Source of the DNA: Thermoplasmatales archaeon
GTDB lineage: Archaea; Thermoplasmatota; E2; DHVEG-1
Reading direction: 5' to 3'
NCBI GenBank assembly: GCA_041304825.1
Contig: JBFYMQ010000001.1
Span: forward strand, 375-64,374
DNA length: 64,000 bases
Of the stretch, positions 8,409 to 18,020 are shown one piece after another. The notes beneath the pieces are model-generated. The model was given only the letters and a program-made list of their open reading frames with translations, searched no databases and was not told the DNA's origin. The position numbers and the translations under genes were made by a program. Each line of letters begins with the position of its first letter. Positions within the stretch are counted from its first letter, which is position 1.

Positions 8409-9983
8409 ATGAAAAAAACCTATCTCTTCGCCGTCTTTCTCTTCGTCTTTTTCATATTTTCATCTTCAGCAACCGCTCTTTTTACATCCTCGTATACGTT
8501 GAAAGGATCTTTCACAAAGGAGACAGAAGTGTTTTTTATCGGAAAAACCACCATCAACGGAACATTTATTGGTCAACCTCTGGGTCACCTCGTTGATTCA
8601 TCTTTTGTTCAGCAGATGAATGGGTTTCCGCTCATTGGCGCGAGCACTATTACCGGTCTTGATACCGTAATCATTGCCGAAGACATTGATATTACCACAG
8701 TAACATCGCTTGAGGATTTCATTGTGAAATATTACGATCACATCACTACATATTCAGATGTTGATATTGTCACAGAGGATGGTCTGTTCCTTCTTGGCAT
8801 CAATGAAGGTACCATGAGTGTATCCACTATTCTTCCCTATGCGGTGACCACCATTGTTTCCCTTGAAATTGTACCTGAGAACATCACACGATTTTTTGTC
8901 GTAGGGACGAACCATCCACTCACCATGCATTGCACTGGTAACTTTGCAGTACTTACCACTCTTTCAGACACTAGCATCATTTCCATAAAAGGGAGAAACG
9001 ATAGAACACTTTGGAGCGGCGGATCACCGAACGATTACATCATCATACAGGATGATGCATTCTCTCTTACAAAAAACCCCTCCCTAACACTTCTTCCTTT
9101 AGTTGATACTCCATCGACAAACGAATTGACTGTTTCTGTTTTCCCAGCATCGCTCACTGATGTACGGATTGAACAACTCATACAAAATATCTCAACGATT
9201 CTCGGAAGCTTAGGAGATGATATGAGCTCTGAGATCCTTCAACGTATCAATGACTTGGATGCTTTCCTTCAGACCTCCTCCTCAATCGCAAATGGAGCAA
9301 TGATTCTTCAGCAAACAAATGATTCTGTGACTATTGATCATTCGACCCAACGGTTTTTTCCCATGGGATTTGTCCGTTTCGACAGTCTTGATATTACGAA
9401 ATTCGAGGAGTCTACTGGACCTACCATCAAAGGGGATTGCACCCTTTGTTATCTTGGAGATCATTTCTATAACCCGTCAGCGAAACGAAGTGTGGATGGA
9501 ATCGCGTTTCCGTACGAATTACTTTTCATCTGGATTCTTTCGCTCTCTGTCTTTCTTTATGTTCGGTTTTTCTTACGGCCTCCGGTTGACTTTACCTTTG
9601 ATCAGAAAATCAAACGATACGCTCTCTTTATCCACCTCTCTGCGCTGGTCATTGCATTTCTCCTCCTTGATTTGGAGGTCAACATCCTGTTTGGCATCAG
9701 CGCTCTCACCTCTCTGGTGTCGCAAGGTTTCTCAATGAGCACAGCAGTATTTTTCGTCTTAGAAGGTATCATCTGGGTTTTTGGGTTCTTTCTGTTAGCT
9801 ATCCCTCTGCAGCTTTTGTCATACGCAATCCTTCGATTCCTTGGTGTCGGGAAATGTGGGAACGGGTTATGGAAAGCTGTTGGTGACCTGTCAATCTGGG
9901 TGTTTAGCGGTTTTTATCTTCTTTTATTCTTTAACATTCTTCTCTCTGTGATTGATTTTAATAGTCTTTTTGCAATGGGCTGA
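8409..9983 (+). CDS. Membrane protein with an N-terminal signal/anchor, a ~350-aa extracellular domain and a C-terminal polytopic TM region.
   Basis: The N-terminus MKKTYLFAVFLFVFFIFSSSATA is hydrophobic. Several hydrophobic helices lie in the last ~170 aa. Confidence 0.5.
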   Translation: MKKTYLFAVFLFVFFIFSSSATALFTSSYTLKGSFTKETEVFFIGKTTINGTFIGQPLGHLVDSSFVQQMNGFPLIGASTITGLDTVIIAEDIDITTVTSLEDFIVKYYDHITTYSDVDIVTEDGLFLLGINEGTMSVSTILPYAVTTIVSLEIVPENITRFFVVGTNHPLTMHCTGNFAVLTTLSDTSIISIKGRNDRTLWSGGSPNDYIIIQDDAFSLTKNPSLTLLPLVDTPSTNELTVSVFPASLTDVRIEQLIQNISTILGSLGDDMSSEILQRINDLDAFLQTSSSIANGAMILQQTNDSVTIDHSTQRFFPMGFVRFDSLDITKFEESTGPTIKGDCTLCYLGDHFYNPSAKRSVDGIAFPYELLFIWILSLSVFLYVRFFLRPPVDFTFDQKIKRYALFIHLSALVIAFLLLDLEVNILFGISALTSLVSQGFSMSTAVFFVLEGIIWVFGFFLLAIPLQLLSYAILRFLGVGKCGNGLWKAVGDLSIWVFSGFYLLLFFNILLSVIDFNSLFAMG

Positions 9984-9986
9984 TGT

Positions 9987-10736
9987 ATGCAATTAACACT
10001 TCAACCACTCATGGACGAACCCGCTCTTCTGCTCAAGGAAAAAAAACTTCTGGTTATCGCAGATCTGCATATCGGAATTGAAAGTGAGTTACGAGAGAAT
10101 GGGGTGCAAGTCCCTTCTCAGACCAAGAGGATGGAAGAGCGGTTACTTTCGATTGTAATAAAAAATGAGGTCAGCGATATTATTTTTCTTGGGGATATTA
10201 AACATACTATCCCTTCTTCGACATATCAAGAACGAACTGATGTGAAAACCTTTCTTGCCATGATTCAATCATACAGCACGCTTCATGTACTGCCTGGGAA
10301 TCATGATGGGAACATTGATCGGTTACTCACACCAGGTATTCAGCTGCATCCCTCTGATGGATATGTGATTGAGGGAATTGGATTTACGCATGGTCATCGA
10401 AAACCATCCCTTGAGATCATGCAATGCGATCAGGTGGTCATCGGTCATTCCCATCCAACGGTGATGCTGATGGACCGTCTTGGGTACCGGACGTTTGAAC
10501 AATGTTGGGTACGGGGTCCGCCACTTTTCGAAGCATTGCACCAGAAATATCCTAACTCCCCAACCTCACAGATACTTCTGATGCCCGCATTTAATCCTTT
10601 ATGTGGGGGGACCGCGGTGAATCAAGATTCGCTCCTCGGACCGTTTAAATCCCTTATCGACGTTGATAACGCAGACCTTTATCTTTTGGACGGGTCATCG
10701 ATAGGCAAGGTAAAAGACCTGAAAGATTCAAGTTAA
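9987..10736 (+). CDS. Calcineurin-like metallophosphoesterase (COG1407-type).
   Basis: Has the motifs ADLHIG, LGDIKH, GNHDGN and GHSHP in the canonical order. Confidence 0.7.
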   Translation: MQLTLQPLMDEPALLLKEKKLLVIADLHIGIESELRENGVQVPSQTKRMEERLLSIVIKNEVSDIIFLGDIKHTIPSSTYQERTDVKTFLAMIQSYSTLHVLPGNHDGNIDRLLTPGIQLHPSDGYVIEGIGFTHGHRKPSLEIMQCDQVVIGHSHPTVMLMDRLGYRTFEQCWVRGPPLFEALHQKYPNSPTSQILLMPAFNPLCGGTAVNQDSLLGPFKSLIDVDNADLYLLDGSSIGKVKDLKDSS

Positions 10737-10794
10737 CCTTAAATACATCATGTAATATACGACACCGATTTACAACAACAGATATTGATGGCCT

Positions 10795-10971
10795 ATGGAG
10801 TTGAATCTCTCAGAGAAAGTCGGCAGCCTATTGCAGGCGGTATTCCTTCTTATTCTCCCCTGGGTTGTTCTTTTAATTGGTCTTGCGATACCATATGAGA
10901 ACGTTTGGTTTTACCTCTTATGCATCACCTGGTTTGGTTGTGGGCTCGTCTTCTTCAGCACCCTCAACTAG
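10795..10971 (+). CDS. Small hydrophobic protein (58 aa, two predicted TM helices).
   Basis: Hand-translated: MELNLSEKVGSLLQAVFLLILPWVVLLIGLAIPYENVWFYLLCITWFGCGLVFFSTLN. It falls below the track's 60-aa cutoff. Confidence 0.25.
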   Translation: MELNLSEKVGSLLQAVFLLILPWVVLLIGLAIPYENVWFYLLCITWFGCGLVFFSTLN

Positions 10972-11074
10972 CATGATAGAGGTTAACGCGTTTTTCTTCA
11001 AATCCAAAATCATTTTAATCATCGCAATAGGTAATTTTTACTAATGATTTTATTAAATTTCAAAAAATTGACAA

Positions 11075-12643
11075 CTACTGAAACACCAGGATAAATCGTA
11101 GTATCGGATATGCTCTTGGAAATCTTTCTAACAACCATTCGAGGAATCGGAAATGTAGTGGTTCATACGGCATTGTGACTGATAAGGTGCCCCAGTCGCT
11201 TTCTTGTTCATGGCTATCTCTTGCTTTCGCTTTGATTGTATACGTACCCTTCTTGTTCCAGGTGTGGTTCACGGTCTGTTGCTGACTAGATGGAAAAGGC
11301 CCAATCCATCCCGTATTTGTCTCATCACCCCAGTCAACGTAATAAGAGATGTTTTCATTTTCAGTATCGGTTGAACAAATTGTATAATTATAGAGTTGTT
11401 TTATCTTTCCACTTGATTCACCAGTGATAGTTGGTATTGTTGGTATTGAGTTATTAATGACATGTATTGCATGAAAATATGAGCCCCAGGTAGCGATGTA
11501 GATAGTCCCATCGGCATCTATCACGGGTGATGAATCCCATATTTCTGCTTCTGTATAGTATTTCCAATGAAGGGTTCCATCAGGATTAAGGGCATAGAGG
11601 TATCCGTCTTCTGAGCCACAGTAAATAATCCCATTTCTATCTATTGTTGGACTTGAGTAAATTGTTTTACCTGTTTGAAAGACCCATTTGATTGTCCCAT
11701 TCCTCGGGTATACACTAACTATTTTCCCATTTATTGAACCAATATAAATCATCCCATCAGCACCAATCGCTGGAGATGATCCATCGATATCATTACCAAC
11801 ACTCACCCTCCATTTCAGGTCTCCATTCGGATAGAGAGCGTACAAGTATTCGTCCCAGCAACCAAAATATATAGTGCCATCATCCGCAATAGCAGGAGCA
11901 CCCTGAATGCTATCACCAACTCTGTATCGCCAGTTCAGACCTCCATTTTGATTTATCGAATAGAAATAGTGGTCATCTGAACCGATATAGACTGTGCCAT
12001 CTTGTGCTATTGCAGGAGAGGAATACACCCAACTGTCTGTCTCGAATATCCATTTGATTGTCCCATTTGGGTATACAGCATAAACACTGCTACCTACTAC
12101 ATCTGCACTGTAAATAATTCCATTCTGGTCAATCGCTGGTGAACCTAATACCCAACCGGGTCCAAGATGAGTACACCATTTTAATGTTCCATTGGGATAC
12201 AATGCATAGAGGTCTCCTGCATCAGAACCGAAATAGATAGTACCATCCTCTCCAATCGCTGGCGATGATTTAACCCAATCACCTGTCTCGTAATACCATT
12301 TCACTGTCCCATTGGGATTTATGGCAATCAGGTTATTTAGAGAATAACTCAATAATCCTAGATAAATCGTCCCATCTTCACTTATCGCTGGGGTAGATAC
12401 AGATACATCTGTGTAAAGTTTCCATTTAATTTCTGGACAACTAAAGGTAATGTCTGGTCCATATGGACATCGTCCTGTACGTTGAGCATTGTAATGGAAC
12501 ATCGGCCAAGTGTTATTTTGCAGACCACTATCATTTAGTATCTCTGATTTGTCAGTATCAACAGATGTTTGATTTGATACACCCACAAAAGATGTCGATA
12601 ATAACAGGAATAGAACCAGTATCGAGATGAGGTGTTTCTTCAT
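11075..12643 (-). CDS. Secreted PQQ-like beta-propeller repeat protein with a C-terminal PKD-like domain.
   Basis: Has a signal peptide MKKHLISILVLFLLLSTSFVG. There are about 8 tandem repeats of the form DGTIYxGSxDGxLYALxPNGTLKW. The C-terminal segment YYVDWGDETNTGW...HTWNKKGTYTIKAKARD is PKD-like. Confidence 0.7.
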   Translation of the reverse strand: MKKHLISILVLFLLLSTSFVGVSNQTSVDTDKSEILNDSGLQNNTWPMFHYNAQRTGRCPYGPDITFSCPEIKWKLYTDVSVSTPAISEDGTIYLGLLSYSLNNLIAINPNGTVKWYYETGDWVKSSPAIGEDGTIYFGSDAGDLYALYPNGTLKWCTHLGPGWVLGSPAIDQNGIIYSADVVGSSVYAVYPNGTIKWIFETDSWVYSSPAIAQDGTVYIGSDDHYFYSINQNGGLNWRYRVGDSIQGAPAIADDGTIYFGCWDEYLYALYPNGDLKWRVSVGNDIDGSSPAIGADGMIYIGSINGKIVSVYPRNGTIKWVFQTGKTIYSSPTIDRNGIIYCGSEDGYLYALNPDGTLHWKYYTEAEIWDSSPVIDADGTIYIATWGSYFHAIHVINNSIPTIPTITGESSGKIKQLYNYTICSTDTENENISYYVDWGDETNTGWIGPFPSSQQQTVNHTWNKKGTYTIKAKARDSHEQESDWGTLSVTMPYEPLHFRFLEWLLERFPRAYPILRFILVFQ

Positions 12644-12886
12644 CTGTTTCTTCCGTATGAAATAAAAGTGTCCTTAATTATTTAAATCTTTGTTAGGATG
12701 AATGAGTGTTGTAGAAGGGATATAAACCTCCAGACTACTTCAACATGATTATCATGAAAAGGGATATTTTTAGAACCTCATCGACCATATAATCTACAGA
12801 AGAACAACAGAGGGGAAAAAAGTGAAATAAATCGATTCTATTAAAACAGAAATCATTTAAATCACCTACCTTATTCTGTTTTCCTG

Positions 12887-14521
12887 TTGATCGGGATGGT
12901 TAATTATATTATCGTCACAGGTGGAGTTATTTCTGGTTTAGGGAAAGGAATAACGACCGCATCGATAGGCAAAATCCTTGTAAATCATGGGTACAAAGTA
13001 ACTGCAATCAAGATCGATCCGTACATCAACTTTGATGCCGGAACCCTCCGGCCAACGGAACATGGTGAGGTCTGGGTTACAGAGGATGGAGGAGAAATCG
13101 ACCAGGACCTTGGGCATTATGAACGCTTCATAGATATCAACATCCCAAAATGTAATAATATCACCACCGGTCAAGTCTACAGCGCGGTTATCGAAAAAGA
13201 ACGAAACGGAAAATACCTTGGTAAGACCGTACAACCAATCCCACATGTGACTGATGAGATCAAACGACGGATCCGTTCACCAAGCGAGGAAACAAAATTT
13301 GATTTTGTCCTTGTTGAGATCGGTGGCACGGTTGGAGACTATGAGAACGTCTTGTTTTTAGAAGCAGTCCGTCAGATGAAGCACGAAGGAGAAAAAGTCA
13401 TCTACATCCATGTCACCTACGTACCTGTTCTAAAATCTCTTGGCGAGGCAAAAACCAAGCCTACCCAGCATTCCGTCAAACTCCTCAGAGAAATCGGTAT
13501 TCAACCTGATTTCATTATCACTCGTTCTGAAAAACCACTCGATGATGTGCGAAAGGAAAAAATCGCGTTGTTCTGTAATGTTTCTGGGGAAGACGTTATT
13601 TCTGATTCGAATATCGATAATGTCTACGGCGTCCCCTTATTGTTCGAAGAACAAGAACTCTGCATGAAGATACTTAAAAAACTCGGGTTACGCAAAGAGG
13701 AACATGATTTTAATGCATGGAAGAATTTTATCGCCAAAATCCGGAAAATGGATAAAAAAGTAAAAATCGGAATCGTCGGGAAATATTTTGATATCGGTGC
13801 GTTTAAGCTTTCTGATTCCTATATCTCTGTTATTGAGGCGGTAAAACATGCCGCGTGGAATAACAACGTCCGCCCAGAGATCGAATGGATAGACTCTAAG
13901 ATTTTTGAAAAACACCCACGCAAAATCGTTAATTTGAAAAAAGTTGATGCGATTATTGTTCCTGGTGGATTTGGTCTTTCCGGGGTTGAGGGAAAGATTG
14001 CGACCATCAAATACGCCCGTGAGAACAACATACCATATCTTGGGTTATGCCTCGGAATGCAGCTTGCTGTAGTTGAATATGCTCGAAATGTCTGTGGGCT
14101 AAAAGGTGCGAACACCACAGAGGTTGAAAAGAACCCGCCCTATCCAGTTATTGATTTCATCCCAGATCAAGTAAAAATCGTTACGGAATCCCGTTATGGT
14201 GCTACCATGCGACTTGGTGGATATCCCGCTATTCTCACCGATGGTTCAATGATAAAAAAATTATACAATGATCAGAACAAGGTCACTGAGCGTCATCGGC
14301 ATCGCTATGAGGTCAATCCAAAATACATCGAAATCCTTGAGAAAAAAGGTCTGCTCTTCACCGGTCGTTCTCCTGATGGGATTCTCATGGAGTTCATGGA
14401 ACTGCCCGGTCATCCGTATTTCACGGGGACCCAAGCGCACCCCGAGTTCAAATCCCGACCGATGAAACCCGCTCCCCTCTTCGACGGGCTCATCAAAGCA
14501 GCCAAGAAAAAGAAAGAATAA
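12887..14521 (+). CDS. pyrG: CTP synthase.
   Basis: The N-terminus YIIVTGGVISGLGKGITTASIGKIL is the CTP synthase signature. The C-terminal GATase motif GLCLGMQ is present. Confidence 0.95.
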   Translation: MIGMVNYIIVTGGVISGLGKGITTASIGKILVNHGYKVTAIKIDPYINFDAGTLRPTEHGEVWVTEDGGEIDQDLGHYERFIDINIPKCNNITTGQVYSAVIEKERNGKYLGKTVQPIPHVTDEIKRRIRSPSEETKFDFVLVEIGGTVGDYENVLFLEAVRQMKHEGEKVIYIHVTYVPVLKSLGEAKTKPTQHSVKLLREIGIQPDFIITRSEKPLDDVRKEKIALFCNVSGEDVISDSNIDNVYGVPLLFEEQELCMKILKKLGLRKEEHDFNAWKNFIAKIRKMDKKVKIGIVGKYFDIGAFKLSDSYISVIEAVKHAAWNNNVRPEIEWIDSKIFEKHPRKIVNLKKVDAIIVPGGFGLSGVEGKIATIKYARENNIPYLGLCLGMQLAVVEYARNVCGLKGANTTEVEKNPPYPVIDFIPDQVKIVTESRYGATMRLGGYPAILTDGSMIKKLYNDQNKVTERHRHRYEVNPKYIEILEKKGLLFTGRSPDGILMEFMELPGHPYFTGTQAHPEFKSRPMKPAPLFDGLIKAAKKKKE

Positions 14522-14527
14522 GACACA

Positions 14528-15550
14528 TCACATTGTTTTTGGCTCGAAAATCGTTTTATGCAACACCAGATTACTTGCGAAAAACCACAACGGCGGAATC
14601 AACGCAACAAGGATAATGTAGATGTTCAATGAACTCAGCATCACTGGTGTTGTTGCATACATGAAAATAACGATGATTCCAATACATTTTCTGATACGTG
14701 TTCGGTCAAAGGTCTTAATGGAATACAATTTATAAATCGAAAAGAACGTCGCAACCGCAAACACCACAAGCAATGCTATCTGCCAGAGGTTTGGATCTAA
14801 ACCAAGAAAAACAAATGGCAGAAAAATCAGGGCTATCCGCACAATCTCAATCAGATATCCTGTTGTCTTAAAAGAGACCGGTAAGGCAATGATGCCAGCA
14901 TAGACCTTTGCCCCAAGACGAATCGCAACAGTGTTTGCACTCCCCTGCTCATCATGATCAATATCTTTAATAGCGCCATTAATCATGTTCATGAAAAGAA
15001 CCTGGATCGCCCCGATGAGCGCCACAATATAGGCTAACCGGGTAGGTGTTCCGATGGTCGATGCACCAAATAAAATAAGGAAAAAAATTGCACTGGCAAC
15101 GACCAGATCCATCCCCGGGTATTTCTTACTTGCAATGTCGTACACTGTTGCAAAGAAATATGCGACGAGAAGGATACCGACAAGTACAAGGTATCGGAAA
15201 AGATCAGAAAAAAAGACAAAAGAAAGGAGAAATGAACCAATCATACAGGAAACCGCGAAGATCGCAGCACCTCTCCGAGTAATGCTTCCTCGAACCAATG
15301 GACGAGCTGAGAGATCTTTGGAGAGTTTATCCAGTCTGAAATCGATGACATCGTTAATCACAAATCCAAAAATATGAGCGAGACTACCGATGATAAACAA
15401 AATAAACAGCTTCCAGACGGCCAACGAGCCAACATCCCACATGGACAATGCACCAAGGACCGGGGCGACCGCTGTCAAACCCATATTGAAGAGACGTGTT
15501 AATTCAATATAATCCCGAAGCATCACCACAAAAGTAAACCGGAGGCCCAT
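14528..15550 (-). CDS. UbiA-family prenyltransferase (DGGGP-synthase-like).
   Basis: Has NDVIDFRLDKLSKDLSARPLVRGSIT (NDxxDxxxD...RPL). It is polytopic. Confidence 0.7.
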   Translation of the reverse strand: MGLRFTFVVMLRDYIELTRLFNMGLTAVAPVLGALSMWDVGSLAVWKLFILFIIGSLAHIFGFVINDVIDFRLDKLSKDLSARPLVRGSITRRGAAIFAVSCMIGSFLLSFVFFSDLFRYLVLVGILLVAYFFATVYDIASKKYPGMDLVVASAIFFLILFGASTIGTPTRLAYIVALIGAIQVLFMNMINGAIKDIDHDEQGSANTVAIRLGAKVYAGIIALPVSFKTTGYLIEIVRIALIFLPFVFLGLDPNLWQIALLVVFAVATFFSIYKLYSIKTFDRTRIRKCIGIIVIFMYATTPVMLSSLNIYIILVALIPPLWFFASNLVLHKTIFEPKTM

Positions 15551-15608
15551 AAAAATCCATCGGTTTATAACCTATAGCTTTTTATACCGATTTCTCTTTT
15601 TTTCCTCT

Positions 15609-16625
15609 GTGCTAGAAAAACTTCGCTCCTTTGCAGACATTGGTCGGACGCAAGGGATTACCACCTCTGCGTCTATCGCGATCGTTGGTGCCTTGACATC
15701 AACTGCACCAGTTGAATGGTACCATATAGTTTTTTTGACGATTCTTTCTATCTTCGCCCACATGGTTTTAAACACCTACATCGCGTTAGGTGACGTCGAA
15801 CTTGATGCACATACCTATGTTCCTTCAAGGAACCCGGTCATCAGCGGTCTTCTATCAAGAAAAGAAGCGATGCACTTCTTCTACGGAGGAACTCTCGTCT
15901 GTCTCCTTTTAATCGCCCTTCTCATTTTCTCTATCGATTATCTCTATGTCCTTCTGTGCTTTCTCTGCTCCATCCCTGCATTTGGATCCCTCATTTGGTA
16001 TGGTTGGAAAGGAAAAAAAGTCATACTGTCCTATGATTTCTCATTTTCGATATCGTATACTTTCTTTGTCCTCTTCGGAGTTTTTGCTGTTGGTGGAATG
16101 CCAACGGCATACACCTGGATTTTTATCGGGGTAGTCATCTTTGCGGCAACTGCGTTTGCCCAATGGGAAAACGGTTTAAAGGATGTTGATGCAGACCGGA
16201 GTGTTGGTGTAAAAAGCATTGCAGTCGTTACTCAAGTGAAAAACAACAAAAGACTCCATATAACACACCCATACTTCCTGTATGGATGCGTTTTAAAAAT
16301 CGGTTTCCTCCTTTGTAGTTTTCTTGGGTACTGGTACTCACAGAACATCTTCTATCTTCTTTTCTTTATATTGTATGGGATTCCCTCTCAGATTTACATC
16401 ATGTATCGATTTTTAGTGAAACACAAACCACAAGAGCACCGAAGAACGATTCTTCTGGATGTAACGTTTGCTGCTATCCTTGGATATTCAACAATCTATG
16501 GTTACACCGGAATCGGACCTATCGTGTTTCTGATCATCTATCTGATTGGTGGGTACCTGATTGGTTCATTGATCCAGTCAAACTGTGAATTTAAATTTGG
16601 TAGATTCTCATTCTCACCAAAATAA
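15609..16625 (+). CDS. Divergent UbiA-family prenyltransferase paralog.
   Basis: Has LNTYIALGDVELDAH and WENGLKDVDADRSVG, which are DxxxD-type motifs, in a polytopic membrane protein. Confidence 0.5.
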   Translation: MLEKLRSFADIGRTQGITTSASIAIVGALTSTAPVEWYHIVFLTILSIFAHMVLNTYIALGDVELDAHTYVPSRNPVISGLLSRKEAMHFFYGGTLVCLLLIALLIFSIDYLYVLLCFLCSIPAFGSLIWYGWKGKKVILSYDFSFSISYTFFVLFGVFAVGGMPTAYTWIFIGVVIFAATAFAQWENGLKDVDADRSVGVKSIAVVTQVKNNKRLHITHPYFLYGCVLKIGFLLCSFLGYWYSQNIFYLLFFILYGIPSQIYIMYRFLVKHKPQEHRRTILLDVTFAAILGYSTIYGYTGIGPIVFLIIYLIGGYLIGSLIQSNCEFKFGRFSFSPK

Positions 16626-16634
16626 AAAAAAATT

Positions 16635-18020
16635 CTATGATTTGTTTTTCAAGTAGGCATCTATTGCTCTTGCCGCTCGTTTTCCTGCTCCCATCGCAAG
16701 AATTACGGTCGCAGCACCAGTTGCAATATCACCACCAGCAAAAATCTTCGGGATCGATGTACGACCCTCCTCATCGGTGATGATATTTCCATGTTTGCCG
16801 ATTTTCAACTCCTTCATCGTCTGTGGGATTAACGGGTTTGGACTTTGGCCGATTGCGACAAGAGCAGTATCAATAGCTAACTTTTCTTCAGACCCCGGGA
16901 TGGGGATCGGTCGTCTCCTCCCAGACTCATCAGGCGCCCCTAATTGCATTTTCAGATATTCAACTTCTTTAAGGATTCCTTTCTCATCTCCAATGAATCG
17001 AATCGGAGCGATCAACAACTTGAAGATTACTCCTTCCTGTTTTGCATGTTCGATTTCCTCTGCTCTTGCAGGCATCTCAGTTTCTGTTCTTCGATACAGG
17101 ATATACGATTTCTCAGCTCCTAATCGTAACGAAGTGCGTGCACAATCCATGGCGACATTTCCTGCGCCGAATGTAACAACGACTTTACCCATTTTCACCG
17201 GTGTATCATATTCAGGAAATCGATATGCCTTCATCATATTGACCCTGGTGAGGAATTCATTTGCTGAATAGACCCCATCGAGGTTCTCACCAGGGATATT
17301 TAACCAATTCGGAAGACCCGCTCCCGTTCCAATAAAAACAGCATCATAATCGTTCATTATTTCTTGGACAGTAATGGTTTTTCCCACCACGATATCGTAG
17401 TGAATATTAACCCCGAGGCTTTTTATATATTCCACTTCAGATTTCACAATGGCTTTTGGGAGACGAAACTCTGGAATACCGTACATCAACACGCCACCAG
17501 GGTCATGTAGCGCTTCAAAAATGGTGACTGCATGCCCCATGCGTGCTAGATCCCCCGCACAAGTCAATCCTGCAGGACCTGAACCTACCACTGCGATTTT
17601 CTTGCCTGTCGATTCTGGTTTTTTTGGAGGTTTTTTTCCTTTCTCCCGTTCATAATCAGCAATAAATCGTTCTAAGCGTCCAATGCCAAGCGGTTCTCCG
17701 AGTTTTTTTAACGTACATTCTCCTTCACATTGATTCTCATATGGACAGACACGGCCAGAAATCGCAGGGAGATTATTTTTTGCTTTGATGACCTCTGCTG
17801 CTTTATCAAAATCACCCTTCGCTATACATGCGACAAATCCAGGGATATCAATCTCCACTGGACATCCTTTCATACATGGTTTATTTTTACATTGCAAACA
17901 ACGATTTGCTTCTTGGATAGCTATCTCTTTGCCATACCCAAAAGGAACTTCTTTAAAATTTTTAATCCGCTCACGTGGCGATTGCTCCGGCATCTCAGGC
18001 TTTGTCCTTCGAATACTCAT
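16635..18020 (-). CDS. nfnB: NfnB / SudA-like large subunit of NADH-dependent ferredoxin:NADP oxidoreductase (GltD family).
   Basis: Has IAVVGSGPAGLTCAGDLARMGHAVTIFE and VVTFGAGNVAMD. N-terminal Cys clusters are present for 2x[4Fe-4S]. Its start overlaps the nfnA stop by 4 nt (ATGA). Confidence 0.8.
   Translation of the reverse strand: MSIRRTKPEMPEQSPRERIKNFKEVPFGYGKEIAIQEANRCLQCKNKPCMKGCPVEIDIPGFVACIAKGDFDKAAEVIKAKNNLPAISGRVCPYENQCEGECTLKKLGEPLGIGRLERFIADYEREKGKKPPKKPESTGKKIAVVGSGPAGLTCAGDLARMGHAVTIFEALHDPGGVLMYGIPEFRLPKAIVKSEVEYIKSLGVNIHYDIVVGKTITVQEIMNDYDAVFIGTGAGLPNWLNIPGENLDGVYSANEFLTRVNMMKAYRFPEYDTPVKMGKVVVTFGAGNVAMDCARTSLRLGAEKSYILYRRTETEMPARAEEIEHAKQEGVIFKLLIAPIRFIGDEKGILKEVEYLKMQLGAPDESGRRRPIPIPGSEEKLAIDTALVAIGQSPNPLIPQTMKELKIGKHGNIITDEEGRTSIPKIFAGGDIATGAATVILAMGAGKRAARAIDAYLKNKS

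Noticed and set aside
13440-14118. Several 60-100-aa ORFs on both strands inside pyrG.
   Set aside because: They lie fully within the well-conserved pyrG reading frame and are frame-shadow ORFs.
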